Assembly: GCA_038214755.1 (NCBI GenBank)
Contig: JBBQRQ010000006.1
Span: forward strand, 1-64,000
Reading direction: 5' to 3'
DNA from: Verrucomicrobiota bacterium
GTDB taxonomy: Bacteria > Verrucomicrobiota > Verrucomicrobiia > Limisphaerales > CANJXF01
Length of the DNA stretch: 64,000 nucleotides
The notes under the pieces are model-generated. The model was not told where the DNA came from. It saw nothing but the letters and a program-made list of their open reading frames with translations, and made no database searches. Shown in pieces: positions 30,104 through 40,928 of the stretch. The position numbers and the translations under genes were made by a program. Numbering within the stretch: the first letter of the stretch is position 1; the number at the start of each line of letters is the position of its first letter.

Positions 30104-31399
30104 CTAAAAAAATGACGCGCTCAATTTTGTTCCGGCGGGCACCACGAAGTCAAAATCCTGTTTGGTCAATGGCTGGTTGATTTCGATGTTTTGATAAGTC
30201 TCGGTCATCGTGCCCTTCATCTGAGAAGCGAGGGCGCTCATATTTTTCGCGACGGCCTTCATCTGCGCTTGTTGCTCAGTGGTCGGCTTGCCGCCAAGTT
30301 GTTTCATTCCTTGCTGGAGTTTTTCCGCGCTCATCTCGGGCATTTCCGCTTTTCCACCGAGCACCGTTTGTTTTTGTTTAATCAACGAATTGCTTTTATC
30401 GATCCACAAAATCATTTTCAATCCCTGAAGAGTGCCGGCCAAAACGTAGCAATCGGCGCCATCAATCGTTTCGTCAGCGGTGCGCGTAATGTTCGTCAAG
30501 GAGCTTAAAGGATTCGATTCGGTTTTGAAAAAAATCGCGGGCATGCTTCCGGCCAGACCCCCGGAAATTCCTGTCGCTGCCGCAAGAGCCAAATCGCGAT
30601 TCTCCATTTTCACGTACTTGGGTGGCGTGCTGGCCCGGAAAAGAAAATCGCCTGTGCCCGATGACCAGACCGCGCCTTTATTTTTCGTCGGCCCCATTTG
30701 ACCTTCCCAATCGATGCGATAAAAATCGGGCTTGCCGAGCTTGATCTGAAATTCCCACTCCTGTTTTTGCGGTTTACTCATCGCTTCCTTGAACTCCTTT
30801 GAATCTTTCAAGTCTTTCGGAACCTTGCCCGCCAGGCCTGGAATATTTTCCGGATCAAGGCCCGACAGATCAAAGATAGAAACGGCGTTGCCGCGGGAAC
30901 TGTAACTGGTCAACGCTTCGTATTGCGCGGTGACTTTCTGAAGAATTTCTTCCGCGCCTGGAGTTGGCGAATCGCTCGAACGCGCTGTGCCGCCGGACAC
31001 ACCCTTTGTTTTCTTACTGAGGATTTTTGGCGTAACTGATTTGCCAGAAGTTGCGCTCCCAGATTTTTCTGCGGAAGGAGGAAAAATCCTGGGAACAAAA
31101 ACGTAGGCCAGCGCGCCAATCAAAACCAAGCCAACGACGCTGCCCACGACCACCCCCTTGATTTTGGATTTTGGCTTCGCCGTAAATGGAGGGGGATTGG
31201 CAAATGGCGCGGCGGTTTGCGGACGGGTCGGCGGTGACGGTGCCACAGACAGCCCGGACTTTGACGCGACCGCTCCGGGCGCTGGAGGAACAACGATTTG
31301 ATTCTTACAAGTTGGACAACCGATCTGTCTCCCGGAGTAGGCATCGTTGACTTGAATGTGCTGGCCGCAATTCGGGCAGGAAAATTTGAACTCAATCAT
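30104..31399 (-). CDS. Zinc-ribbon, TM and LolA-like (DUF2092-like) protein
   Basis: CPNC..CPTC N-terminus, Pro-rich linker, TM helix; LWIDK..LI and C-terminal IN.PL...DF.F..PAG. Confidence 0.65.
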   Translation of the reverse strand: MIEFKFSCPNCGQHIQVNDAYSGRQIGCPTCKNQIVVPPAPGAVASKSGLSVAPSPPTRPQTAAPFANPPPFTAKPKSKIKGVVVGSVVGLVLIGALAYVFVPRIFPPSAEKSGSATSGKSVTPKILSKKTKGVSGGTARSSDSPTPGAEEILQKVTAQYEALTSYSSRGNAVSIFDLSGLDPENIPGLAGKVPKDLKDSKEFKEAMSKPQKQEWEFQIKLGKPDFYRIDWEGQMGPTKNKGAVWSSGTGDFLFRASTPPKYVKMENRDLALAAATGISGGLAGSMPAIFFKTESNPLSSLTNITRTADETIDGADCYVLAGTLQGLKMILWIDKSNSLIKQKQTVLGGKAEMPEMSAEKLQQGMKQLGGKPTTEQQAQMKAVAKNMSALASQMKGTMTETYQNIEINQPLTKQDFDFVVPAGTKLSASFF

Positions 31400-31729
31400 G
31401 TGGGCTGCGCTTGGTTGAATGTTGTCGGATTCTCACAGCGATGAACGAACTCATTTTCGCAAAAATTTGCAAGAGCGCTTATCCATCGGGGTGATTCGGT
31501 GTGATTAAAGTGGGTGAGGTTGGAAGCGATCTGATTCTTGGACTGCGGGGACACGCCCCCGCTTTGGCTGCACGGTGAAAAAGCCCGCAACCTCATTCTT
31601 TTCGAGCACTTCCTCCATCGCGTAACGCGCAGGAAAAGCGGCGCCATGCCGCCGCAGTCCACGGAAACCAAATCCCGCCTCACCCGGTTTCAATCACACC
31701 CGATTGCACCCCCTACCTGAAGCGGGCCG

Positions 31730-31757
31730 TTGACAACTTCGCGCTATCCGATACCGT
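31730..31757 (+). promoter_or_regulatory. Putative sigma70 promoter of rpsT
   Basis: TTGACA-N16-TACCGT, 26 nt upstream of the ATG. Confidence 0.5.
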
Positions 31758-31783
31758 TCGCCGCTCTGAATTAACAAGAATTT

Positions 31784-32047
31784 ATGCCGAACACAAAATC
31801 CGCCGGACGTCGCATGCGCAACAGCGCGCGCAAACAGTTGAAAAACCGCAGCACGAAATCACGCCTCGGAACGTTGGAAAAAAAATACGCTGATTTTGTC
31901 ACCGCCGGAAAAAAAACCGAAGCGACCGCCGCTTACGGGGAACTCAGTTCCGCTCTGGATAAAGCCGCAAAAAAAGGATCGTTGCATCGCTCAACCGCGA
32001 GCCGAAAGAAATCCCGCCTGGCCCTTCGCCTGAATAAAGTTAAATAA
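31784..32047 (+). CDS. rpsT: 30S ribosomal protein S20
   Basis: MPNTKSA.RR.R..N...KS; LDKAAKKG.LH...ASRKKSRL. Confidence 0.95.
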   Translation: MPNTKSAGRRMRNSARKQLKNRSTKSRLGTLEKKYADFVTAGKKTEATAAYGELSSALDKAAKKGSLHRSTASRKKSRLALRLNKVK

Positions 32048-32157
32048 GTCCGATGTGAGGAGCGCGGACAGCCTTGTCCGCGTGTTTGGAAAGGACAAAA
32101 CCCAGGCGTTTCCACTGCTTGAGATTCTCGCGGACAAAGCTGTCCGCGCTCCACCCT

Positions 32158-34554
32158 TTAGCGCGATGCCGTGTCTTTTTCGGCGGGCGTCGAAACAATT
32201 TGTTGTTCGCCGCGGCGTAATTGGAACGGAACACTTCTCACGACTTCGAGAATCAAGTCGTTGAACTTGTAGCCCTTTTTTTCGAGACGCTTGGAAATCT
32301 GTTCAATGGCGCAACGATCATACATCTCCATCCCACGGCCCAGCGCATAAGTCAGCAATTTCTCCGACAGGCAGCGAACAAAGTCGTCGCGTTTTTTCGA
32401 CGCAAGAATTTTCCGCAGGTCGGTGGCGTCACGAAACGTTTCTCCGCTGGTCAATTCGCCCGTGGAATCAATCGGCAGATCGCCATCCTGTTTTCGCCAC
32501 GCGCCGACTCCGTCAAAATTTTCAAAAGCAAAACCGATCGGATCCATCCGCGCGTGACAGGAAGCGCACAGCGGGTTGGCGCGGTGTTGTTCCATGCGTT
32601 GCCGCAGTGTGCCACTGAGCGCCGCGCCTTTTTCCTCCTCGAGGTTGGGGACATTTGGCGGTGGCGGAGGCGGTGGGGTTCCAAGAATATTTTCCAAAAC
32701 CCATTTGCCGCGCTTGACGGGCGAAGTGCGCGTTGGATTCGACGTGAGCGTCAGAATGCTGCCCTGCGTCAAAATTCCCGCGCGCCCCGTTCCTTTCAAA
32801 CTGACGCGCTGAAATTGTTCGCCGAAATTCCCCGCAATCCCGTAGTGCGATGCTAGTCGTTGATTGACGAACGTGTAGTTGGCGGTGAGGAAATCGAAGA
32901 CGCTGCGATTTTCTTTCAAGACCGATGCGAAGAACAACTCGGTTTCCTTGCGCATGTCCGCGCGAAGGTCGTCATCGAAGGTTGGAAATTTTTCCGAGTC
33001 GGGCATGACGAGATTCAAATTGCGAATTTGCAACCATTGCCCGGCGAAATTCTCGACGAGTGCGGAAGATTTTTTGTCGCCCAACATCCGGCGGATTTGT
33101 CGCTCCAAATTTTTGCGCAACGTCCCCTGCTCCGCCAGCCGCACCAGTTCGTCATCGGGCATGCTGCTCCACAAGAAATAGGAAAGACGCGACGCCAGAG
33201 CAAACTCGTCAATCGGGTGAATAGACTTGGAATCGTTCGGGTCGGTCTGCAATTCGCCGCGAAAAAGAAAATGGGGAGAGACGAGCACCGCTTGCAACGC
33301 CAGTTTAATTCCACTCTCGAAATTTTCTCCCTCGCTTTGCGCGAGATCGACGAACCGGACAAGACGCTCCACTTCGCCGGAAGAAATGGGGCGGCGATAG
33401 GCGCGCCGCACAAAATTATTTATGACTTCACGAGCGTAAGTTTTCCTTTCGTTGGTGTCGGCAGGAACGGCTTTGGTGAAAATACGTTGATGAGATTCGG
33501 GTAAAACTGGCGGCCCGGCCGGCCCGATTATTTCCAAATATTCAATGACAAGATTGCGGTCGCGCCGGTCGGGGTCCGGCTCATCTTTGTTGTAATAATT
33601 ATTGATATAAGCCGCCGCGATTTTTTTTGCGCCGCCGCTCGTATGAAAAGGAAATTCGTAAGTGGCCGGAGCGCTTTCGACGGCGGCCACATCGAACGTT
33701 TTCAAAACTTCGCCATCGATTTTCAATTCCATTTTGGGCGGTTCACGGCCGGCTTGTTCGCCGAAAGCGCGCGCGCGAAAGATGTAATCGCCCTCCCTCG
33801 GAAAATTGCAGGAGGTAAAGATTTCGCCCTCGCGCGACAACCGGTAGCTGCGACCCTGAACATTTCCATCTTTCGTGGTGGACTGAATTTTTCCCGCCTC
33901 AAATCGCACGGTGGTTCCGTTTGTGGAAAAGTCCGTGACAATCGCTTTGCGCAAAATCTTTTCCGCCGCCGCCAGATATTTTTCCAACAAGATCGGCGAC
34001 AGGGAAAGAACATCGCCAATGTTGTCGAAGCCGTAACCGGTATCGTCGGCGGGGAAATCATCGGCTGGATGAAAATCGACTCCGAGCAAATCGCGAATCG
34101 TGTTGTTGTATTCAGTGCGATTGAGCCGATGCAGCGTAACGCGGCCCGGATCGGGATGGTCGCAATCGCAGTTAAAAATTTCCGCTTCGATCCATTTGGT
34201 GAGGAGCGCTCGTTCCGCCTCGGAAGGTTGCGGTTTGTTTTCCGGCGGCATTTCGCGGGTCTGGACATTGTGCAAAACTTTTTCCCAAATCGGTTTCTCT
34301 TTCAAAACGGCGGCTAAATTTTCGAACGTCTGGAGAGAAAGATCGGCTTTTTTCTTCGTCTCTCCGTGACAGCCATAACAATATTTTCCGAGCAGCGGCT
34401 TAACGTCTTGCTCAAAACTTTTTGGCAATGCGCTGCCGGCATGTTTGCTTTTTCCGGAAACTGCGGCAATGGAATGCGGCGCGAATGCGAGGACGAGCAG
34501 AGCGACAACCGCCCGCGCGATGGAGAAAGGTTGAAAAACAATTTGGCAACGCAT
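32158..34554 (-). CDS. DUF1592/DUF1588 (PSD) multi-domain cytochrome c-like protein
   Basis: CYGCH; MPP; RLNRTEYNNTIRDL; GFDN; LVSPHFLFR; LASRLSYFLWSSMPD; TSPVKRGKW; CASCH..MDPIGF; LLTYALGR. Confidence 0.92.
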   Translation of the reverse strand: MRCQIVFQPFSIARAVVALLVLAFAPHSIAAVSGKSKHAGSALPKSFEQDVKPLLGKYCYGCHGETKKKADLSLQTFENLAAVLKEKPIWEKVLHNVQTREMPPENKPQPSEAERALLTKWIEAEIFNCDCDHPDPGRVTLHRLNRTEYNNTIRDLLGVDFHPADDFPADDTGYGFDNIGDVLSLSPILLEKYLAAAEKILRKAIVTDFSTNGTTVRFEAGKIQSTTKDGNVQGRSYRLSREGEIFTSCNFPREGDYIFRARAFGEQAGREPPKMELKIDGEVLKTFDVAAVESAPATYEFPFHTSGGAKKIAAAYINNYYNKDEPDPDRRDRNLVIEYLEIIGPAGPPVLPESHQRIFTKAVPADTNERKTYAREVINNFVRRAYRRPISSGEVERLVRFVDLAQSEGENFESGIKLALQAVLVSPHFLFRGELQTDPNDSKSIHPIDEFALASRLSYFLWSSMPDDELVRLAEQGTLRKNLERQIRRMLGDKKSSALVENFAGQWLQIRNLNLVMPDSEKFPTFDDDLRADMRKETELFFASVLKENRSVFDFLTANYTFVNQRLASHYGIAGNFGEQFQRVSLKGTGRAGILTQGSILTLTSNPTRTSPVKRGKWVLENILGTPPPPPPPNVPNLEEEKGAALSGTLRQRMEQHRANPLCASCHARMDPIGFAFENFDGVGAWRKQDGDLPIDSTGELTSGETFRDATDLRKILASKKRDDFVRCLSEKLLTYALGRGMEMYDRCAIEQISKRLEKKGYKFNDLILEVVRSVPFQLRRGEQQIVSTPAEKDTASR

Positions 34555-35047
34555 CGTGCTGGAATCTAGCGGCGGTCGGTCGCAAAAACAATTCGAGACA
34601 AAAGAATTTTGCGGGGCTGAAGAGGTAGCGCAGGTTTGGAACCTGCCGTATCGCAGGTTTGCAACCTGCTGGATGTCGCGACGTCCTGCCGGTTGCAAAC
34701 CGGCGATACAGCAGCTTGCAAAGCTGCGCTACGCTCTACTCACAATTCAGCCGTTTTAACGGCTTCCGTGCGTTGCGATAAGCCGTTGAAACGGCTGAAT
34801 CTCTCGTCGCACGCCAGACACCGGGCTAAAGCCACGGCGCTAGTGAGAAATGGAAATGGAGACACGTTGAGCCAAAAGAATTTTGCCGTGAGGAAACCGA
34901 ACGCGTCATCCAAATCCGTTGTCGAAATAAATTTCCGGACCGACGCGCCGATTTCCAAATCGGCACGACGTCATTGCAACGAGCCGCACCGGAGTTCGGC
35001 GTTCCGTTGGCAAGACGCCTTTCGGGAAATTATTTTGGCAACCCGGT

Positions 35048-36070
35048 TCAAAACTTTATCCCAATGGTCGAACGAATTTGTAAATCGTTTCGTCCTACGG
35101 TCGGAGCGGGTTGGGTGTCGTAAAGATCAACCACCGTTAAATTGAACGAGAGATTTTCCAGAAGCCAATAGCGGAGATTGCTTTCGAAACGCAACCGAAA
35201 ATCCTGGAGATTGACCTGGGGAAAGAATTCAAACTTTTCGTCGAAGGACAAGGACTTGGAAATTTTCCAGGTTAAATCTTCGGCAAGACGATAAAAAAAA
35301 CGTTCAGTGCGCGCGGCGTTTTGGAGATATTGCACCTGATAGTTCATGCCGACTTCCGTGTTGAAAACCAGATTGCTGCGAGTCAGCACGTGGTAGCCGA
35401 GGCCCGGGCCGAATTCGTAACGCAAATCGATCTTGCGGATTTCGTCGAAACCCGCGCCGACCACGTTGTAAGCGAAGAAGCGGCGTTCCTTGCCCAAATC
35501 GAAATCGGTTTTCGAGTTGCCGTCCATCCGGTTGGCCGAGAGGAGTCCGTCGGTCGTCCCGTAAGCCGCATTGTATTCGAAGATGTTTCGGAAACGGTCG
35601 ATCAATCTCGATCCGCCAATCGGTCCTGTCGGCAGCGGCGTGTAAGCGATTCTGAATTTTCCATAATAAAGTTGGCGGGTCGTCTCACTCAGACCGACAT
35701 CCGCGCCGACTTGAACGTCTCCATGCCAGGCCGTTGGCGCCTTGGATTTTTCGGGGGATTTTGCAGGCGGAATGACTGGCGCGGTTTTGACCAATGGAAC
35801 TGCGTTGGTCAGCGGAGCGTTAGTCGCGGCCAGGACTGTGGGTGAAACTATTTCGCGCGCTTGGATTTCCACAATTGGAATGACGATGGCCGCCGCCCAA
35901 CTATTGCTGATGGTAACTTGATTGGTCGTTTCAAAAATTATTTTCCCAGTCAATCGATCTCCATTGCGCAGCTTGAACGCGACGGTTTGAGAATGCAGCG
36001 CGACGGGGAATATCGACAGCAGACCAATCAATATGACCGCTGGTGAAAAATTATTTTTTAGGTGGCGCAT
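35048..36070 (-). CDS. DUF481-like outer-membrane beta-barrel protein
   Basis: Signal peptide; L.NGDRLTG N-domain; amphipathic strands; terminal Phe. Confidence 0.75.
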   Translation of the reverse strand: MRHLKNNFSPAVILIGLLSIFPVALHSQTVAFKLRNGDRLTGKIIFETTNQVTISNSWAAAIVIPIVEIQAREIVSPTVLAATNAPLTNAVPLVKTAPVIPPAKSPEKSKAPTAWHGDVQVGADVGLSETTRQLYYGKFRIAYTPLPTGPIGGSRLIDRFRNIFEYNAAYGTTDGLLSANRMDGNSKTDFDLGKERRFFAYNVVGAGFDEIRKIDLRYEFGPGLGYHVLTRSNLVFNTEVGMNYQVQYLQNAARTERFFYRLAEDLTWKISKSLSFDEKFEFFPQVNLQDFRLRFESNLRYWLLENLSFNLTVVDLYDTQPAPTVGRNDLQIRSTIGIKF

Positions 36071-36917
36071 CCTGAACGGGAGCGGGTTTTGGCAAAGTGT
36101 TCGCGGTCATTCGCTGCACGCCGCCGGAGACAAAAATTTTTCCATCGGCATCCGTCTTGAGCACGGGGCGAGTCGTGGTGTAGTCGTGGATTTCCTGGCG
36201 CATTACTTCGCCGTTGGGATTGATCACGCTGTAATTGAACGAGTGGCTGTAGATTTGATGGAGCACATGCAGGTTGCTGAATTTATCCACCTGCGCTTCG
36301 GGTTGGCTGAAAGAAACCATGGTGGCGATGGGAAATACACGAAAAGTAATCGTGCCCGTGGAATCAGTCAGCCGCAAATACAACCGCATCTGGCTGAGAT
36401 AAACTGCCTGTTGCAAAACATATTTGCGCATTTCCGGTTGCGCATTGATCGCGGCGGTTGGAACGCCAAAATCGAATTCTTTTAATTTCGTTCCCGTGAT
36501 GATGTCGAAGACGGCCGGGCGGCTGGTGATTTCTTTGCTCCATTGTGGAATTTTCATGCTGGCCGTCACCTGATAACGCCCCGGCTGGCGAAAATCAAAA
36601 TGCGGAGTCAGGTTCACGCGTTTGGTGCCGGTCTCCGACGACTCGAGAGAAAATTCACCCGTGACCGGCACGTCGCTCAATTGGTTAACAACATAGTGAT
36701 CGCGCGACTCGACGGTGAAAGTGAGCCAATCATTTTCTTTTCCAAACCCGAGAGTTTGCCCGGAGCGATTAGTGATTCGCACCGCCAGGCGAACATCTTC
36801 GTTGGACAAAAATTGATCCTGATCGAGCGAGAGCGCGATGGAGACCGCGTTGACTTGCGCCTGAATTGCGGGCACCGCTGTCATCCACAAAATCAGGATG
36901 AACGAAAATATTTTCAT
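36051..36917 (-). CDS. Secreted hypothetical protein
   Basis: 288-aa ORF with a signal peptide, in an operon with the DUF481 gene. Confidence 0.7.
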   Translation of the reverse strand: MKIFSFILILWMTAVPAIQAQVNAVSIALSLDQDQFLSNEDVRLAVRITNRSGQTLGFGKENDWLTFTVESRDHYVVNQLSDVPVTGEFSLESSETGTKRVNLTPHFDFRQPGRYQVTASMKIPQWSKEITSRPAVFDIITGTKLKEFDFGVPTAAINAQPEMRKYVLQQAVYLSQMRLYLRLTDSTGTITFRVFPIATMVSFSQPEAQVDKFSNLHVLHQIYSHSFNYSVINPNGEVMRQEIHDYTTTRPVLKTDADGKIFVSGGVQRMTANTLPKPAPVQDAPPKK

Positions 36918-37051
36918 CGGACGAGTTTAGTGTTCAACCGCTGACGAGCAAGCCGCAAAACCGTAACTGGTTTCATAAGTTCGAGGGCCCGTAGCCACCG
37001 ACGTGAGGAGGCGGAGTTGCCGGTGTGAAATCCGCCTCCTCACGGCGGCGG

Positions 37052-38083
37052 CTACAATTTTCGTCTGCGAATTTCCGCGCCGACGAACTGCGGCGTGATC
37101 GCGCGCAAGCATTCCATCGGCTTCGGGTACGCGCAAAAATCTTTCAGGCACGGGCTGCATGGTAACTTGATGCGCAGAGCATGATCGAGTTGTCCATACG
37201 GCCCGGTGCGTCGCGGATCAGTCGGCCCAAACATCGCAACCACAGGTTTTTTTAAAGCGGCGGCAACATGCATCGGTCCAGTGTCGTTCGTGACGATGAA
37301 CTCGCTGCGGCGAATCCACTCGACCATTTCGAGCAAAGAAGTTTGGCCGGTTAAATTCAAACAACGATTCGGTTCGGCGCGCGAAATAATTTCACCAAGA
37401 GGCTGGTCATCTTTTCCTCCGAGAATGACGAATCGAGCGCCGTCATTTTTCGCGGCCAACTCCTGAACAAGCTGCGCAAAATATTCTGCCGGCCAGCGTT
37501 TGTTGACCCAGCGCGCGCCGGGGTTGACCGCGATCCAGCGCGCGCGTTCGCCGGCCATTTTTTCAACGGCATTTTTGGTTGCGGCGTGCGCCGGAAGCCA
37601 CTCGAAATTTTCATGGATTGGAACATCCAAGATTTTCAACACTCGGAGATACCAATCAACGGCGTGGGTTTGAAACGACGGACGCGCCACGGCGATGTCG
37701 TAAAAGCCCGACGCTCCCTCCCGCAAGTCAGCCACACCGACGGTCAATTTTCCATTCGCCAGCCACGCGAACGCGCCGCTGCGCGCCAGGCCCTGCAAAT
37801 CGATCACCAGATCAAATTTTTTTGCTCGCATCGCCAAAATACTTTTGAGCATATCGATCCACTCCAATGGCGACGACCACCGGCGACGGTGAAAAATAAA
37901 GAGACCGCGCAGGTCAGGATCGTGTTCGAGCAACGGAGCTAAATTGGAACGGACCCACCAATAAATTTCGCTCGCCGGATAATGCAATTTGAGCAGGCGC
38001 AAAACGGGCAAGGCCTGAATCACGTCGCCGAGGGAACTGGGTTTGAGGATAAGTATTTTCAAAAACGGTCTCAGGCATCTCAC
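37052..38083 (-). CDS. LPS heptosyltransferase, GT9 (WaaC/WaaF-like)
   Basis: KILILKPSSLGDVI; DLQGL; PGARW.NKRWP; TNDTGPMHVAAAL..PVVAMFGPT. Confidence 0.92.
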   Translation of the reverse strand: MRCLRPFLKILILKPSSLGDVIQALPVLRLLKLHYPASEIYWWVRSNLAPLLEHDPDLRGLFIFHRRRWSSPLEWIDMLKSILAMRAKKFDLVIDLQGLARSGAFAWLANGKLTVGVADLREGASGFYDIAVARPSFQTHAVDWYLRVLKILDVPIHENFEWLPAHAATKNAVEKMAGERARWIAVNPGARWVNKRWPAEYFAQLVQELAAKNDGARFVILGGKDDQPLGEIISRAEPNRCLNLTGQTSLLEMVEWIRRSEFIVTNDTGPMHVAAALKKPVVAMFGPTDPRRTGPYGQLDHALRIKLPCSPCLKDFCAYPKPMECLRAITPQFVGAEIRRRKL

Positions 38084-38394
38084 TCTCCCGGATAGATATG
38101 TTGGACCTTTCCATCGTCGGTAATCTCAACGGTGCAAAAGCCACCGGGCATTTTCGGCTCCCTCCAAACAGTGACCCACCACTCGTGCCCGTCTCGCGAT
38201 GCTTCGAATGAAACCTCGTCTTTTCTAAAATTCGCGTTGGAGGAAACTGCCAGCCAGGCAATCTCGATGGCCTTTTTTTTATCGAGTTGTGGCAAAGACG
38301 CCGCCAGTTGATCCCGCTTTAGCGAGGTGTCCGAGGATTGTTTTGTGCAACCGACACAGACTAAAAAGACAAAAAAGAAAACTACGCGATGCAT
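38080..38394 (-). CDS. Small lipoprotein-like hypothetical protein
   Basis: Hydrophobic leader with VCVGC lipobox; overlaps the GT9 start. Confidence 0.55.
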   Translation of the reverse strand: MHRVVFFFVFLVCVGCTKQSSDTSLKRDQLAASLPQLDKKKAIEIAWLAVSSNANFRKDEVSFEASRDGHEWWVTVWREPKMPGGFCTVEITDDGKVQHIYPGE

Positions 38395-38416
38395 GATTTC
38401 GAGGAGAAACGATCCG

Positions 38417-39139
38417 TTACTTGCCTACCGCAAGCCGTTCAGCCAGACGAGGCGGCAGGCCTGCATCCAGAATTTTTTTCTGCGCGCCGGCAATATCATA
38501 ATCGAGTTTGCGCAATTCAATCGAGCCTTCATCCATGTCGTACACGACGTATTTCGCTTTCGGATCGCCATCGCGCGGCTGTCCCACGCTGCCGACGTTA
38601 ACAAAATATTTTCGGCCCGGTTCAACTTTGAATTTTGAATAAGTCCCTCCGCGCACGACGCTGTCACGGATAAAAGCCAGCGGCACATGCGTGTGCCCGA
38701 AAAAACAAACGGCCGTGTTTTGATAGGTGAAACTGGCGGCGGCCATCAATTTGTCGAAGACGTAGCCCCAGCGTTGCGGAACATCGAGCGTCGCGTGAAC
38801 GATGGTAAAACTGGAAACGAGTCGAAGATATTTCAACTCGCGCAACCATTTGCGATCCTCCTCCGGCAATTGCTGGCGCGTCCAATTCACGGCGGCGGCG
38901 GCGTGCGGATTGAAGCCTTCAAGATTTTCGTCGGAGGAACAATATTCATCGTGATTGCCTTTGACGCAGGGAATGTTCATGTCGCGAACCATATCCAGGC
39001 ATTCCTTGGGACTCGCGTTGTATCCGACGACATCGCCGAGACAGGCCACGTGCGTGCATTTTTGGGCCTTGATGTCGTCGAGCACGACTTTGAACGCCTC
39101 AAGATTGGCGTGGATGTCGGCGATGATGGCGTACTTCAT
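38417..39139 (-). CDS. Metallophosphoesterase (YfcE/calcineurin-like)
   Basis: DIHAN, GDVVGY, GNHD, GHTH and NVGSVGQPRD. Confidence 0.92.
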   Translation of the reverse strand: MKYAIIADIHANLEAFKVVLDDIKAQKCTHVACLGDVVGYNASPKECLDMVRDMNIPCVKGNHDEYCSSDENLEGFNPHAAAAVNWTRQQLPEEDRKWLRELKYLRLVSSFTIVHATLDVPQRWGYVFDKLMAAASFTYQNTAVCFFGHTHVPLAFIRDSVVRGGTYSKFKVEPGRKYFVNVGSVGQPRDGDPKAKYVVYDMDEGSIELRKLDYDIAGAQKKILDAGLPPRLAERLAVGK

Positions 39140-39151
39140 TCAGTTTCCAGT

Positions 39152-39430
39152 CTAACTAGTAATTTCAAAACCGCGAAATTCATTTTTTGCTTCTGACCAC
39201 GACACTGTTTCGTTACGAATGAAACGGCCAATTTCCGAATCCTGGATGGCCCGTTGAAAACTTTCCAACTCCTCTTTCGCTCCTTCTGCGATTAATTCAA
39301 CGCGGCTGTCCTCCAAATTTCGGATTGCTCCCGTCACGTCAAATCCCGTCGCGACCGATTTCACCGCGTAACGAAATCCAACATTTTGCACTCGGCCGGA
39401 ATAAAAAATCTTCATCTGCTCCCGCTTCAT
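39152..39430 (-). CDS. acyP: Acylphosphatase
   Basis: GRVQNVGFR and G.IRNL.D.RVE..AEG. Confidence 0.85.
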   Translation of the reverse strand: MKREQMKIFYSGRVQNVGFRYAVKSVATGFDVTGAIRNLEDSRVELIAEGAKEELESFQRAIQDSEIGRFIRNETVSWSEAKNEFRGFEITS

Positions 39431-39706
39431 ACGCCCTTATCGCATCGCGAAATAAAGCCACAACCGCGTTTGCTCGCGCAACGAATTTGTTTTGAGAAGC
39501 AAGAGTCGCGACAACGCAACGTAGCGCAGGATTGCATCCTGCCGTATCGCAGGTTTTCAACCTGCGAGATGCCCTCAGAATCGGGGACTTTCGAATGCTA
39601 AAAGGCTTTCTCTACTTGCGACGTTCAGCCGGTTTCAAACCGGCGATACAGCAGGATGCAATCCTGCGCTACGATTGCCTCCGCAAAAATTTCCAGCCTG
39701 CAAATT

Positions 39707-40864
39707 TCATCGCTCCAATTCCTGTGATCGACCGAGTTGATGAAATAATTGCTGAACGAACGCAACGTTATCGCATTGGAGATAGCGCATCGCGCCGCCC
39801 ATGCGTGAGTAACTTTTGCAAAAGCGCAGGTAGTAGGCCGGGTTGTCCTTTGGCGGTTCGCCCTTCGTCCAGTCCCAATTCCCGCCGTCCTGCAAATCGA
39901 CCACGTAAATGGTGTGATCGCGCACGATTTTTTTCCCCGCTTGAATGCGCAAATTATTCACGCACGAAATGCTTTTTTCAAAAACTTGCGGGCCCATGAT
40001 CGCCGAGCCGATCGAGAGCACCACGCCGCCGTCAAGATTTTCCACCGCGCCACCGAATTTTCTAAAATCAATGGTAGCCGCGCGGCCAATGACCGCGCCG
40101 TTGAACATCGGATGATTCGAAATGATATCGTAACCGATGCCGGGATGGACGGTGAGTGGAATTTTATTTTTCCAGGCATTGGCGAGGACAGAACTATTTT
40201 TCCAGGGATGTTTTATTTCGTGGCGGCCTGTGGCGAGATGGTGGACGCGCATCGCCTGCAACAAATCTGCGCGCGCCGGAGAAAGCGGATGCGACGGTTC
40301 GTCTCGCAAAAATTTTTCCAGGGACTCAATCGAGGGAAGATCGATGCCATCTTCTGAAATAAATTTGCCAAGACTTTCGCCGTAACCCATCGGAACGCCG
40401 ATCTCCTGATCGGCCAGTTTCGAGTCCTGGAGCGCACCACCCAGTAGCGAGAGATGAATATTGCGCCCCGTCTCGTCCCACGTTCCGAAAGTCCCCGTCG
40501 CGACATTTTTTTCCACGCTTTCAGTGGAGCGACCCAGAAAGGCAAATTCCCAATCGTGGATCGTGCCCGCGCCATTGGTGGCAAGATGCGTGACCCAACC
40601 GCGCTCCATCAATTCGATGAGAATTTTTTGTCCGCCATTTTTCAACAAGTGCGCGCCGTAAATCAGCATCACGCTGGCGTCACGATGCCGGGCCGCCCGA
40701 ATTTTTTCGGCGCACTCCCTGATCGATTTTAAATTTTCCGGCGAGCAAGGAGGCAACGGTGCGTCCGGCGGTACCACAATTTCTTCGATGCGCGATTCAC
40801 TACGACGTTCCGCTAATGGAAAAACTTTTAATTTGGTCAAATCCAGTGGGGCGAGGCGTTTCAT
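39707..40864 (-). CDS. Hypothetical protein with a deoxyhypusine-synthase-like fold
   Basis: YGAHL.K.G; HLATNGAG.IHDWE; G.FG..ETG; TVH..IG.DI..HP; GSA.MGP.VF.K. Confidence 0.6.
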   Translation of the reverse strand: MKRLAPLDLTKLKVFPLAERRSESRIEEIVVPPDAPLPPCSPENLKSIRECAEKIRAARHRDASVMLIYGAHLLKNGGQKILIELMERGWVTHLATNGAGTIHDWEFAFLGRSTESVEKNVATGTFGTWDETGRNIHLSLLGGALQDSKLADQEIGVPMGYGESLGKFISEDGIDLPSIESLEKFLRDEPSHPLSPARADLLQAMRVHHLATGRHEIKHPWKNSSVLANAWKNKIPLTVHPGIGYDIISNHPMFNGAVIGRAATIDFRKFGGAVENLDGGVVLSIGSAIMGPQVFEKSISCVNNLRIQAGKKIVRDHTIYVVDLQDGGNWDWTKGEPPKDNPAYYLRFCKSYSRMGGAMRYLQCDNVAFVQQLFHQLGRSQELER

Positions 40865-40928
40865 TTTTCCATCGCAAGAATGGCGCGAAAAGTTTTTCTC
40901 GCCAGCAAAAATCATTTGCGAACCGAGA

